Part shown: positions 8,616 through 18,320 of the stretch, in pieces
How the letters are laid out: the number at the start of each line of letters is the position of its first letter
Position numbering within the stretch: position 1 is the first letter of the stretch
Origin: a virus
Lineage: Duplodnaviria > Caudoviricetes
Length of the DNA stretch: 64,000 nt
Virus record (IMG/VR): IMGVR_UViG_3300021958_000023
Coordinates: 64,001 to 128,000 of that record
Direction: 5' to 3' (one strand)
Translations under genes and position numbers: made by a program
Notes under the pieces: model-generated
The model's input: the letters and a program-made list of their open reading frames with translations, nothing else
Told to the model about the DNA's origin: nothing
Databases searched by the model: none

Positions 8616-9649
8616 GTAAAAAAAGAGCACTAGTAACAGGAGTTACAGGACAAGACGGAGCATACTTATCATCACTACTTTTATCAGAAGGTTATGAAGT
8701 ATATGGAGGCATGAGAAGAAGTAGCACAGACAGTTCTTGGAGACTAAAAGAACTAGGAGTGTGGAATAGAATTAAACCTGTTTCTCTTGAAATGCTAGAG
8801 TACAGTAATATTTATGAAACTATTAAACAAATTCAGCCCGATGAAATATACAACTTAGCTGCACAAAGTTTTGTCAGAGCAAGTTTTGATCAACCAATAT
8901 ATACTTCTGAAGCAACTGCTTTAGGGCCTCTAAAAATATTAGAAACAATTAAGACAGTTAATCCTGAAATTAAATTTTATCAAGCCTCTTCTTCAGAAAT
9001 GTATGGATTAGTACAAGAACCAATTCAGAATGAAGACACAAAGTTTTATCCAAGAAGTCCTTATGCTGTGGCTAAAACATATGCTCATTATATGACAGTT
9101 AACTATAGAGAGTCTTATAATATTTTTGGGTGTTGTGGTATTTTATTTAATCATGAATCTCCTTTAAGAGGTGAAGAGTTTGTTACTAGAAAAATTACTT
9201 CTCATTTAGCTAGAATAAAGTCAGGAGAAAATATGGTAATGGAACTTGGAAATTTTAAAGCTAAAAGAGATTGGGGATATGCTTATGACTTTGTAAGAGC
9301 AATGTATCTTATGATGCAACACAAAGTACCAGACGATTATGTTATTGCTACTGGAGAAGAACATACTGTAGAAGAGTTTTTAACTATGACAGCTGACATT
9401 CTAGAAATGCCTGTTGTTATAGAAGGAGAAGGTCTTGATACTGTAGCAATTAGAAAAAGCGATAATACTGTAATTGCAAAAGTAAACCCAACACATTTTA
9501 GACCAACAGAAGTAGAATTATTACTAGGAGACTCATCTAAAGCAGAGAAACAATTGGGCTGGAAACATGAAATGAGTTTTGAAGGACTAGTTGATTTAAT
9601 GGTTAGAGAAGATTTTGACAAAGCAAGAAAAAATTGGTGGGGTCGATGA
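8612..9649 (+). CDS. gmd: GDP-mannose 4,6-dehydratase
   Basis: ALVTGVTGQDGAYL, YNLAAQSFV, FYPRSPYAVAK, NHESPLRGEEFVTRKI. Confidence 0.97.
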   Translation: MSKKRALVTGVTGQDGAYLSSLLLSEGYEVYGGMRRSSTDSSWRLKELGVWNRIKPVSLEMLEYSNIYETIKQIQPDEIYNLAAQSFVRASFDQPIYTSEATALGPLKILETIKTVNPEIKFYQASSSEMYGLVQEPIQNEDTKFYPRSPYAVAKTYAHYMTVNYRESYNIFGCCGILFNHESPLRGEEFVTRKITSHLARIKSGENMVMELGNFKAKRDWGYAYDFVRAMYLMMQHKVPDDYVIATGEEHTVEEFLTMTADILEMPVVIEGEGLDTVAIRKSDNTVIAKVNPTHFRPTEVELLLGDSSKAEKQLGWKHEMSFEGLVDLMVREDFDKARKNWWGR

Positions 9650-10650
9650 GAGTATTTATTACAGGAATTGGAGGGTTTTTAGGCCATCACATTGCTATGC
9701 GTATGCACGAACTAGGATATCAAGTTGCAGGTAATGATACATTTGTTGGAGGAGAAGAAGATAATGTTCCTTCTTTTGCAGATTTTACTCTTTGTGATTG
9801 TTGTGATTTTGATGCGATGAAAAAAGCAATGGAAGGCTGTGATTTAGTGTATCATTGCGCAGCTACAGCACACGAAGGACTAAGTGTTTTTTCTCCCTCT
9901 TTTATCACAAGAAATATTTTTGAAGCATCAGTAACTACTTTTTCAGCAGCAATTGCTGCAAAAGTTAAAAGAATTGTATTCTGTACATCAATGGCTCGTT
10001 ACGGAGAACAACAACCACCTTTTAAAGAAACTATGACTCCTGCGCCTGTAGATCCTTATGGAATAGCAAAAGTTGCGGCGGAAGATGTTTTAAAAGTATT
10101 AGGAAAGGTACATAACATTGAGTGGAATATTGCAGTTCCTCATAATATTGTTGGAGAAAATCAAAAATATGATGACCCCTTTAGGAATGTTATGAGTATC
10201 ATGTTAAATAGAAATTTACAAGGCAAGCCTTCTATTATATATGGAGACGGGACGCAGACTCGTTGTTTCTCTTATGTAGATGATTGTGTTCAGTGTTTAG
10301 AAAAAATGGGAACAAGCGAAAATATTGTAGGAGAAACAATTAATATAGGACCTGATGAGCAAGAAATTACTATTGGACAACTAGCGGAACTTTGTGCAAA
10401 TGAAACAGGACTAAATGAAGAACCTATTTATTATACACAAGGTAGACCACAAGAAGTAAAACACGCTACTTGTTCTTCAGACAAAGCAAGAAAACTTTTA
10501 GGATATAAAACAACTACTACAGTAGAAGAAGCAGTGACAAAAACTGCTAATTGGATTAGAGAAAAAGGAACAAAACCTTTTAAATATCATCTTCCTTTAG
10601 AGATTATAAATGAAAAAACACCAAAAACTTGGACAGAAAAGAGGTTTTAA
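9646..10650 (+). CDS. NAD-dependent epimerase/dehydratase (extended SDR)
   Basis: ITGIGGFLG, YGIAK, GDGTQTRCFSYVDD. Confidence 0.9.
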   Translation: MRVFITGIGGFLGHHIAMRMHELGYQVAGNDTFVGGEEDNVPSFADFTLCDCCDFDAMKKAMEGCDLVYHCAATAHEGLSVFSPSFITRNIFEASVTTFSAAIAAKVKRIVFCTSMARYGEQQPPFKETMTPAPVDPYGIAKVAAEDVLKVLGKVHNIEWNIAVPHNIVGENQKYDDPFRNVMSIMLNRNLQGKPSIIYGDGTQTRCFSYVDDCVQCLEKMGTSENIVGETINIGPDEQEITIGQLAELCANETGLNEEPIYYTQGRPQEVKHATCSSDKARKLLGYKTTTTVEEAVTKTANWIREKGTKPFKYHLPLEIINEKTPKTWTEKRF

Positions 10651-11021
10651 TGATTGAAGTACCAGTATCAAACGGAGAACTACTAGATAAAATCGCTATC
10701 CTAGAAGTAAAATACGATAGCGGGATTGATTCAGTAGAAAAAGAACTTAATATACTACTAGACTTAGTTGAAGAACAAGACTGGTGGCATTTACCTTATA
10801 TATACGTTTATTATCGTATGCTGCTTTCAATAAATCAAGAACTATGGGATATTGAAGATGCAAAAAGACAGTGTGAACAACAAAAAGACTTTAGCGATAA
10901 ATTTGTTCAATTAGCTAGAGCCGTCTATATTATAAACGATGAGAGAGCTAGAGTTAAAAAATCAATTAACAAATACTCAAATAGTGCATTAACAGAATAT
11001 AAAAATCACAGAGATTATTAA
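10650..11021 (+). CDS. Conserved protein of glycosylation clusters (DUF6165-like)
   Basis: VPVSNGELLDKIAILEVK...NQELWDIED...LARAVYIINDERARVK. Confidence 0.7.
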   Translation: MIEVPVSNGELLDKIAILEVKYDSGIDSVEKELNILLDLVEEQDWWHLPYIYVYYRMLLSINQELWDIEDAKRQCEQQKDFSDKFVQLARAVYIINDERARVKKSINKYSNSALTEYKNHRDY

Positions 11022-11755
11022 TGTTTACAATTATCACTCCCTATGTTTTTGAAGAAGAAATTCAAGAGTTTAAAAGTAATCTTCCTTGGGGAGTACCAGC
11101 TTTGATAGAGTCTGATCAAGCAAAGATTGGTCCTGATTTAATGTATCAAAAACTTTGGAACTCGTGTGATACAGATATTTTTATTATGCACGCAGATATG
11201 ACTCCTCACCCAGACGGAGAAAGTTGGGAAGAAGATATTTTAGAATATGTTGAAAAGTATCCAGAAGCAGGAATACTAGGTCTTAAATTACTCTATCCTA
11301 GTACTTATAATGGTAAAAGTATTATTGAGTGTGCAGGAGGAAAGTTTGATGACAACGGTAATCCAGATCACTACGGAAGCGGATTAGAATTGTTTACACA
11401 AAGAACTTGGAAAGATCTAGAACTAGATGAAGGACAGTATAATAAAGTTAGAGAAGTTGCTTGGTATACTTTTGGAGGCATCTATATTCGCAGAGAAGTT
11501 CTAGATAAAGTAGGAGATTTTGATCCTCACTACAAGTGGAGCTATAACAGAGATGTAGATTACTGTTTAGAGGTAAGGAAAGCCGGTTGGAAAATTTACC
11601 AATTACCTATACCTATGTATCATTTTCAAAGTAAAGATGTAAAAAGAATTAAAACACCAGAGATGGCTGATGCCGAGTCTTATAACTTAAACTACTTAAA
11701 AAATAAGTGGAAAGACAGCGAATTAATGAAAACAATAGATCGAGATGTGGAATGA
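11021..11755 (+). CDS. GT2 family glycosyltransferase
   Basis: IMHADM, IRREVLDKVGDFD, DVDYCLEVRKAGWKI. Confidence 0.85.
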   Translation: MFTIITPYVFEEEIQEFKSNLPWGVPALIESDQAKIGPDLMYQKLWNSCDTDIFIMHADMTPHPDGESWEEDILEYVEKYPEAGILGLKLLYPSTYNGKSIIECAGGKFDDNGNPDHYGSGLELFTQRTWKDLELDEGQYNKVREVAWYTFGGIYIRREVLDKVGDFDPHYKWSYNRDVDYCLEVRKAGWKIYQLPIPMYHFQSKDVKRIKTPEMADAESYNLNYLKNKWKDSELMKTIDRDVE

Positions 11756-12000
11756 GATTAATCAATTATCAACAACTAGAAGAGCTGTTTCAAAAACACG
11801 ATTTAAACATATCTAAACCAGCAACTTTTTCTAGTAAAATATTTCAAAAACTGTTCGTAATAGGATCAACAGGATTTATAGTAATCTACGGAGTACTACT
11901 ATTTTTATTACTATTACCTCTAGTTTTGGTAGAAGCAATTATAACAGGTTTTATAAGGGGAATTAAACATGCAAAAGAAATCCGTAATAAGTCTGATTAG
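11752..12000 (+). CDS. Small membrane protein
   Basis: Long hydrophobic segment; ATGA overlap with the upstream gene. Confidence 0.6.
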   Translation: MRLINYQQLEELFQKHDLNISKPATFSSKIFQKLFVIGSTGFIVIYGVLLFLLLLPLVLVEAIITGFIRGIKHAKEIRNKSD

Positions 12001-12805
12001 TTACGACGCAGAGTATTTACCTGCAAGTATTATGTCTTACTACGCCTATGTAGATGAGATTATTTTAGGATTAGACAAAAATAGAAAAACATGGGCAGGA
12101 AATGATTTTAAATTCAATGAGAGTAAGATTTTTAAAGAACTATCTAGAATTGATGGAGATAATAAAATTAGCATTATTGAAGAAGATTTTGTTGTATCTC
12201 AAAAATTTATTGAGAATGATAACTATGAAAGAAACTTTCTTAAAAAACAGTGTTCACATGATTGGGTTTTTTCTTTTGACGCAGACGAAGAGCTGATTAA
12301 TCCTAAAGAGTTTTTTGAAGACTATCTTCCGCTTGTTGAGCCTTATTATAAAGATTATGATCTGGCTTTTAATTGGTTTTTACCTTATAAAGAGTTTGAT
12401 GATAGATATTTATGCATCGCTTCAGAACAAGGATGGTTAGATATCAACGAACAACAAGGGTTTGCTAATTGGAAAAACTATGAGTTTGTTTATGCTAGGT
12501 GGACAAATAATGCTCAACAAAATAGAAGACTCTTAAAAACTCCTCTTGCAATACTACACTGGAGTGTTTGTAGGCCAGCAGGAGATTTACACCAAAAAAT
12601 AAATAATATTGGTCACGCAGATATTGCAGATCAAGATCCTTTTTATCAAATCTGGACACAAATCAATCTAATGAATTATAAAGAACTAAGAAACTTTAAA
12701 ACATCTGGTTTCGGAGACCCAAAACAATGGGCAAGACTAATTGAAATTCCAAAAGATAAGTTTAAACAAGAATTAAAAGAACACGCTGGTAGAATCGAGG
12801 TTTAA
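11969..12805 (+). CDS. GT2-like glycosyltransferase
   Basis: YVDEIILG, ERNFL, DWVFSFDADE. Confidence 0.8.
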   Translation: MQKKSVISLISYDAEYLPASIMSYYAYVDEIILGLDKNRKTWAGNDFKFNESKIFKELSRIDGDNKISIIEEDFVVSQKFIENDNYERNFLKKQCSHDWVFSFDADEELINPKEFFEDYLPLVEPYYKDYDLAFNWFLPYKEFDDRYLCIASEQGWLDINEQQGFANWKNYEFVYARWTNNAQQNRRLLKTPLAILHWSVCRPAGDLHQKINNIGHADIADQDPFYQIWTQINLMNYKELRNFKTSGFGDPKQWARLIEIPKDKFKQELKEHAGRIEV

Positions 12806-12806
12806 A

Positions 12807-13961
12807 ATGAGCAAGAAAATAGTAGAAATTATTGGAAAAGTATTTGATAATCATAGTCTAGCTATTGTTACTAGAAAAATGGCTATTGAACTATCAAAAA
12901 ACGAAAATTTTGAGGTGGTGATTAACCCACTAGATACATATGATCCTCAATATAATCTAGCTTCTTCTGAACTAAAAGAGTTAAAAGCCTTAATTAAACC
13001 TGTAAACACAGAACCAGATATTCAAATTAGACACTCTTACCCTCCTATTTGGAGATGGCCAGTATCAGACAAAACAAAAATAGTACAGATACAGCCTTGG
13101 GAATATAAAAAACTTCCTTTTGAATGGCAATATAAGTTCGAGACTTTTGCCGACTTAGTTATTACTCCTTCTTCTTGGACAGCTAAAGTGTTTCTAGATG
13201 CTGGACTAATGCCGAGTAAGGTGGCAGTAGTACCAAATGGTTATGATCCAAAACATTTTAATACTAGCAATAAAAAACCGAATGATAAGTTTACTTTTGT
13301 TTATGTTGGAAATGCTCAGTGGAGAAAAGGATTAAATATCTTATTGCAAGCATGGAGTTCTTCTTTTAAAAAGGAAGAAAGTGTTAAACTAGTAATTAAA
13401 GATAATCCTGCAGTTTATGGAAACTATAATCTTTTACAACAACTAGTAAAACTACAATACGAAACTGGTTGTGCAGAGATCGAATATAATGATAAACAAC
13501 TCAGTGAAATTGATATGAGTCGCATTTATAAATCTGCACACTGTTTAGTGCATCCTTATAGAGGAGAAGGTTTTGGAATGCACATTCAAGAAGCAATGGC
13601 TTGTGGATTAGTACCTCTTGTAAGTGACAAAGGACCGACAGATGATTTTGTAAAAGATGAAAGATGCAGAATCAAAGTTAATCCTACAGTAGTAAAAGCT
13701 GATGATCCAAATGTAATGATGATGAAACCAGGAGATGCATTAACATCTATGGGAGGTCATGCAGTTGCGTTTGAACCTGATGTAAATGACTTAGTAACAA
13801 AAATGAGACAAGCGTACCAAGGCGATCTATCTCCGATAGACTACTCACTAGATATTACCACTTGGAAAGAAGTGGGTCTAAAGTATGCTGAGGTAATCAA
13901 TTCCATTGATTTGAGCACACCAGCTGCCAGATTGCAGACGCAAGGGTGGCGTACTACGTGA
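12807..13961 (+). CDS. GT4 family glycosyltransferase
   Basis: VVPNGYD, RKGLNILL, PYRGEGFGMHIQEAMACG. Confidence 0.9.
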   Translation: MSKKIVEIIGKVFDNHSLAIVTRKMAIELSKNENFEVVINPLDTYDPQYNLASSELKELKALIKPVNTEPDIQIRHSYPPIWRWPVSDKTKIVQIQPWEYKKLPFEWQYKFETFADLVITPSSWTAKVFLDAGLMPSKVAVVPNGYDPKHFNTSNKKPNDKFTFVYVGNAQWRKGLNILLQAWSSSFKKEESVKLVIKDNPAVYGNYNLLQQLVKLQYETGCAEIEYNDKQLSEIDMSRIYKSAHCLVHPYRGEGFGMHIQEAMACGLVPLVSDKGPTDDFVKDERCRIKVNPTVVKADDPNVMMMKPGDALTSMGGHAVAFEPDVNDLVTKMRQAYQGDLSPIDYSLDITTWKEVGLKYAEVINSIDLSTPAARLQTQGWRTT

Positions 13962-14143
13962 TTACACTCCGTGTATAGTGGAGAACGCATGATCATCTGG
14001 GGGAGCCATGTGACATCTAGATTAAATTGCGTAAATCTACGATTTAGTTGATTTAAAATTGATTAAATACGAGTATAAAGTAACACACATTTTGACAAAG
14101 AGCAAGTATTAAAAGTTGAATTTGCTCTTCAAGAAAGGAAAAC

Positions 14144-14422
14144 ATGGAAAACGAAACAGAACGTAGCTTTGGAACTGCGTACAGAAAAGCGAACGGAAAT
14201 GAGATTCGTGTGACATACAATGAGTTTCGAGGTGTCGCCTATGTTCACATTCGTGAATATTCAATGGACGGCGACTCTGGAAACTGGTATCCCACGTCTA
14301 AAGGCTACGCCTTGCTCGCAGACGAAACTACATCCGTAACCAAACTACTAGATGAGGCCGCTGAACATGCTGCCCAGAGACATAGAAAAGGAGGATCACA
14401 TGAGCGTGAAAGCGTGGAGTGA
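14144..14422 (+). CDS. PC4/PdbC-like ssDNA-binding protein
   Basis: IRVTYNEFRGVAYVHIREY...WYPTSKG is the PC4 pattern. Confidence 0.8.
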   Translation: MENETERSFGTAYRKANGNEIRVTYNEFRGVAYVHIREYSMDGDSGNWYPTSKGYALLADETTSVTKLLDEAAEHAAQRHRKGGSHERESVE

Positions 14423-14720
14423 TGAACAAGAAGCAGAACTAATCAAGCTTTATACAGAAGAAGGCATGAAAGATGTAAATGAACTAGGAGATCATTTTGG
14501 CAAAGGTTACCGATCCGTCATCTCTAAACTGGTACAACTACGCATCTATGAAAAGCCTGTAGATGAAGAGCGTGAGGGATCTCGTACCGTAAAAACAATG
14601 TTACGCGATCTTGAAACACTCTTAGACATTGAGATTGAAGGAACTAATCTTAATAAAAAGTCTAACCTTACCAATCTAGTGATTGCGCTTGAACGTAAAC
14701 TAGCAAACAATGTAGATTAA
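14400..14720 (+). CDS. T5 D3-like HTH protein
   Basis: WSDEQEAELIKLY...FGKGYRSVISKL; GGAGG RBS; located before the ligase as in T5-like phages. Confidence 0.6.
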   Translation: MSVKAWSDEQEAELIKLYTEEGMKDVNELGDHFGKGYRSVISKLVQLRIYEKPVDEEREGSRTVKTMLRDLETLLDIEIEGTNLNKKSNLTNLVIALERKLANNVD

Positions 14721-14723
14721 TCA

Positions 14724-14752
14724 TTGCATCTCGCTTATATATTTGATATTCT
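14724..14752 (+). promoter_or_regulatory. Promoter TTGCAT-17-TATTCT with extended -10 TG
   Basis: Intergenic, upstream of the ligase RBS AAGGAG. Confidence 0.6.
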
Positions 14753-14772
14753 AGTATCAGATTTAAGGAGAA

Positions 14773-16518
14773 GTGATGAACTATACAGAACTAAAACAAC
14801 TAGTCGCTCGATATGCACATGAGTATTATGATCTTGCAAAACCAAGTGTCACAGATCAAGAGTGGGATGCTCTTTATGATCAGTTGTGTGAAACTGAGCG
14901 TCGTCAAGGTTGGAGAGACGCAGATTCTCCCTCTCTCAGAGTCGGAGGTAGTGCAGGAAAAATTAGACATCCTTTTAAACTATACTCCTTACAAAAAAGT
15001 TATGATCGTGCAGAGATTGGTACAGAGTTTAATGTTGTATTACCTAAACTTGATGGTGCAAATCTTTCACTAATCTATCGAGCAGGCAAGCTAGATCGCG
15101 CTGTTACTCGTGGCAATGGTGAGTATGGTGAAGATGTTACTCATCTAATGCCTTATTGTGCGAGTGTTCCACAAACCATTTCAATTGACTCAGCTGTTAT
15201 TGTTGGCGAGTGTGTCACAGATAATGAGGTAGAAAACTTCAGAAACTATGTGAGTGGCGCGCTTGGTCTAAAAGATGCTGAAGAGTTTCGTGATCGTGCT
15301 ATTCGATTTATTGCGCACGACTCACTCGGAGTACAAGCTGACTATACTATCAGAATGAAAATTGTAAAAACAGCTGGGTTTCAGACTGTTTTTGAACAAG
15401 ATTTGTGTGGACAATATCCGCAAGATGGTGTAGTATATAGAATAGATTCATGGAAAGAGTGTGAGCGTCTTGGATACACTTCAAAGTATCCACGATTTGC
15501 AATAGCACTAAAAGAGAGGGGAGCACTTCTTGCCACTACTCGTCTACAATCAGTAGAGTGGGTAATTGGCCGTACTGGTGCAGTTAATCCTGTAGGTCTT
15601 GTTGATCCTGTGGAGATTGATGGCGCACTCATCTCACGTGTTACTCTACACAACATTGAGTTCATTGAATCACATAATCTAGGCGTTGGAGATTTAATAC
15701 AGATCGAACGCTCTGGAGGAGTTATTCCTAAGTTTGTGAGTGTGTTAAAAGCACATCCAAACTCACAAACTGTTGATCAGCTGCACGCTGAACAAGCAAT
15801 CGGCACATCTCTACGCCGTCAAGGACCAAAACTCTTTTGTGATGATGAATCAAAGCGTTCAACAGTAAAACTACTAGAACACTTTATTCGTATAATGGAA
15901 ATTAAAGGCCTTGGTCCGGCATCAATTAAGAAGATGGGTATTACTCATCCTGTTGATTTGTATACGCCGCAATCTTGGCATTTATTAGGTGCAAACGGTT
16001 CTAAGATTCAAGATGAACTAGAACGTTCTTGTACCAAACCGTATTCTCAAGTGTTAGCCGCACTTGGAATCCCTGGAGTAGGTCGCTCAATGTCGCAAGA
16101 TATTGTAGAAATGCTTCCTGCTTTTGGTCGACTGAGAGAGATTGAATATCAGACTATTACTGGTGTCGGTCCAAAAACAGTTGATAATATTTTGGCTTGG
16201 TTAGAAGTAAATGAAGAATGGGTATTACAACTACCAGTTCAGCTAGAACAAGACTTGAGTGTACAAGCTATTATGTCTACTTCTAAAAACAAAAAGGTCT
16301 GTGTGACTGGTAAACTTGATATGACTCGCAATCAAATTACAGATCATCTTGCGAAGTTTGGTTTTCAAGTGACAAACACAGTTACTAAAGACTGTATTGC
16401 TTTAATTAGTGGAGATAGTGACGCTACCTCATCTAAAGCCAAGCGTGCTGAATCTCTGGGCATAAAAATTATCAATTACTGGGATAATCGTGCAGAGATT
16501 CTAAAAGGAATTGTTTAA
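14773..16518 (+). CDS. ligA: NAD+-dependent DNA ligase (single chain, with BRCT)
   Basis: YY..TDQEWD, KLDG, TRGNG, DGVV, PRFAIALK, GRTG, TLHN, HhH repeats, C-terminal BRCT (VCVTGKL). Confidence 0.95.
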   Translation: MMNYTELKQLVARYAHEYYDLAKPSVTDQEWDALYDQLCETERRQGWRDADSPSLRVGGSAGKIRHPFKLYSLQKSYDRAEIGTEFNVVLPKLDGANLSLIYRAGKLDRAVTRGNGEYGEDVTHLMPYCASVPQTISIDSAVIVGECVTDNEVENFRNYVSGALGLKDAEEFRDRAIRFIAHDSLGVQADYTIRMKIVKTAGFQTVFEQDLCGQYPQDGVVYRIDSWKECERLGYTSKYPRFAIALKERGALLATTRLQSVEWVIGRTGAVNPVGLVDPVEIDGALISRVTLHNIEFIESHNLGVGDLIQIERSGGVIPKFVSVLKAHPNSQTVDQLHAEQAIGTSLRRQGPKLFCDDESKRSTVKLLEHFIRIMEIKGLGPASIKKMGITHPVDLYTPQSWHLLGANGSKIQDELERSCTKPYSQVLAALGIPGVGRSMSQDIVEMLPAFGRLREIEYQTITGVGPKTVDNILAWLEVNEEWVLQLPVQLEQDLSVQAIMSTSKNKKVCVTGKLDMTRNQITDHLAKFGFQVTNTVTKDCIALISGDSDATSSKAKRAESLGIKIINYWDNRAEILKGIV

Positions 16519-16545
16519 CAACAAGCAATTACTTTAACTTTTTAC

Positions 16546-16575
16546 TTGGTTATAGCTGATTTCTTCTGATATAAT
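16546..16575 (+). promoter_or_regulatory. Promoter with extended -10 TGATATAAT
   Basis: TTGGTT-18-TATAAT with TG, upstream of D5. Confidence 0.55.
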
Positions 16576-16647
16576 CAATTCATAAAGTTGAGAAAAGAGT
16601 TTTTCAACTTCAAACACAAAACCAAACTTTAAAAGAGGGAAAATAAA

Positions 16648-17331
16648 ATGAGTAAATTTGAATATACTGAAGACATGGTTACCCGTATGGAATCTGCTTG
16701 TGCAAGCGGTGTAACAGAAGACATTATTGAAACACTTTGCGATGAGTTCGAGTTTCCTCGTCGTTCAGTAACTGCAAAGCTTCGCAAGCTTGGATTTGAT
16801 GTTCCTAAGAAGCCTGGTGCAGCACCTGTGTTCTCAGCTGACGAAACTGACGCACTAGCAGCTTTCTTGGCAGAAAACTCTGGTGTTCATACAGCAGAAG
16901 AAATTGCTGATGTATTTGCTGGTGGTAAGTTTACTGCTCGTCAGATCAACGGTAAAGCACTGTCACTTGAAATGACTTCTCATATCAAGCCAGCTGAAAA
17001 GAAGATCACTCCTAAGACCTTTACTGCTGAACAAGAAGCTCAAATCGAAGCACTTGTTAATGCTGGTAAGTATCTTGAAGAAATTGCAGATGAGCTTGGT
17101 CGTCCAGTCAACTCTGTTCGTGGTAAGCTTCTTTCAATGGGTCTTAAAGCAGAACAGCGTGATAAGAAAGCTTCAAAGTCTGATCCATATGAGGGTATCG
17201 AAGATATGCTCGATCAGTCTGTAGAAGATATCGCTGATGCCTTTGGTAAAACTGTGCGTGGTGTTAAGACTGTTCTTACACGTCGTGGCCTTTCATGTGC
17301 AGATTACACACCGAAAGCAAACGAAGGTTAA
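16648..17331 (+). CDS. T5 D5-like multi-HTH DNA-binding protein
   Basis: Repeated HTH units (RSVTAKLRKLG, RQINGKALSL, SVRGKLLSM, RGVKTVLTRRGL); follows the ligase as in T5. Confidence 0.8.
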   Translation: MSKFEYTEDMVTRMESACASGVTEDIIETLCDEFEFPRRSVTAKLRKLGFDVPKKPGAAPVFSADETDALAAFLAENSGVHTAEEIADVFAGGKFTARQINGKALSLEMTSHIKPAEKKITPKTFTAEQEAQIEALVNAGKYLEEIADELGRPVNSVRGKLLSMGLKAEQRDKKASKSDPYEGIEDMLDQSVEDIADAFGKTVRGVKTVLTRRGLSCADYTPKANEG

Positions 17332-17357
17332 TTTTAACCTTTCAAATGTAAAAAGCA

Positions 17358-17388
17358 AGGCAGAGGCTTTTAGTCTCTGCCTACTTGT
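17358..17388 (+). terminator. Hairpin after D5, probable terminator or processing site
   Basis: AGGCAGAGGC-TTTTA-GTCTCTGCCT; weak U-tract. Confidence 0.5.
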
Positions 17389-17391
17389 GCA

Positions 17392-17688
17392 ATGAAACTG
17401 TACCAACTACCTGAACCTGCATTAGATTATATAATCTCACTCTCTCCTCAACAACGCTATCTCTATCTTAAAGAAGTTGCTTTAAAACAGTTTTCAATAA
17501 CCTTAGACGACAAAGAGATGTTGGAACGTACTATTAAGGCATTAGAGGCTAGTGTTTTGATGGAAAAACTGTATCGAAATAATGAGTTTTTAAAAAAGAA
17601 CTTTACAATGGTATATTCAGATGGTGGAATAGTAAGAAATATGGTTAATGACATATATTATACAGAGGATGATTTAATAGTACACTAA
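17392..17688 (+). CDS. Hypothetical protein
   Basis: 98-aa ORF translationally coupled to the next gene. Confidence 0.65.
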   Translation: MKLYQLPEPALDYIISLSPQQRYLYLKEVALKQFSITLDDKEMLERTIKALEASVLMEKLYRNNEFLKKNFTMVYSDGGIVRNMVNDIYYTEDDLIVH

Positions 17689-18263
17689 TGATACATACTT
17701 TATATAGTGATGATATCTATATCATAAAACTGCCTCAACACAAACAAATAAAAGAACTCTTAATGCCTTTTGCACTAAGAGATGATTTGTTTATAGAGAC
17801 AGAATGGAATTGTGATGTACAAACAACTATGAGTGAAAAAAATCCGGAACTACCTTGGTCAAGGGTAGTTCCTTTTTTTATTGAACAAATGAAAGAGTAT
17901 ATAAAGTGGTTTGAGCCAAAGAAAGCTTTTGAAATAAGAGCAGCTCCGTGGATGTGTAGATATAAAAAAGGAGCTTTTCAAGAACAACATAATCATTTAG
18001 GAATTTTTAATGAACAATTTAGTTGTGCATACTTTATGAATAATCCTCCAAATAGTTCAAAATTTATCTTTTCTAATTCACAAGATTACTATACAGCGGC
18101 TGGTTGGAAAAATTTTTTCGAGAATCCACCAGAAAGACTGTATGAACCTCCTCAAGAAGAGGGAACACTAATTATATTTCCAAGTCATTTAGATCACTAT
18201 GTTACTCCTAATCAGTCTGACGAGACAAGAGTAAGCATTAGTATGAACTTTGCCCTAGTTTAA
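17688..18263 (+). CDS. 2OG-Fe(II) oxygenase
   Basis: QEQHNH, FSCAYF, EGTLIIFPSHLDHYV, RVSISMN. Confidence 0.85.
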   Translation: MIHTLYSDDIYIIKLPQHKQIKELLMPFALRDDLFIETEWNCDVQTTMSEKNPELPWSRVVPFFIEQMKEYIKWFEPKKAFEIRAAPWMCRYKKGAFQEQHNHLGIFNEQFSCAYFMNNPPNSSKFIFSNSQDYYTAAGWKNFFENPPERLYEPPQEEGTLIIFPSHLDHYVTPNQSDETRVSISMNFALV

Positions 18264-18320
18264 CCTAACCTAGAGACTGTAAGCGACGGGGTAAAACCGT
18301 CAAACAGAAAGGAAAATGCA

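Noticed and set aside
14092-14120. TTGACA as a promoter for the PC4-like gene
   Set aside because: There is no acceptable -10 hexamer at 16-18 nt spacing.
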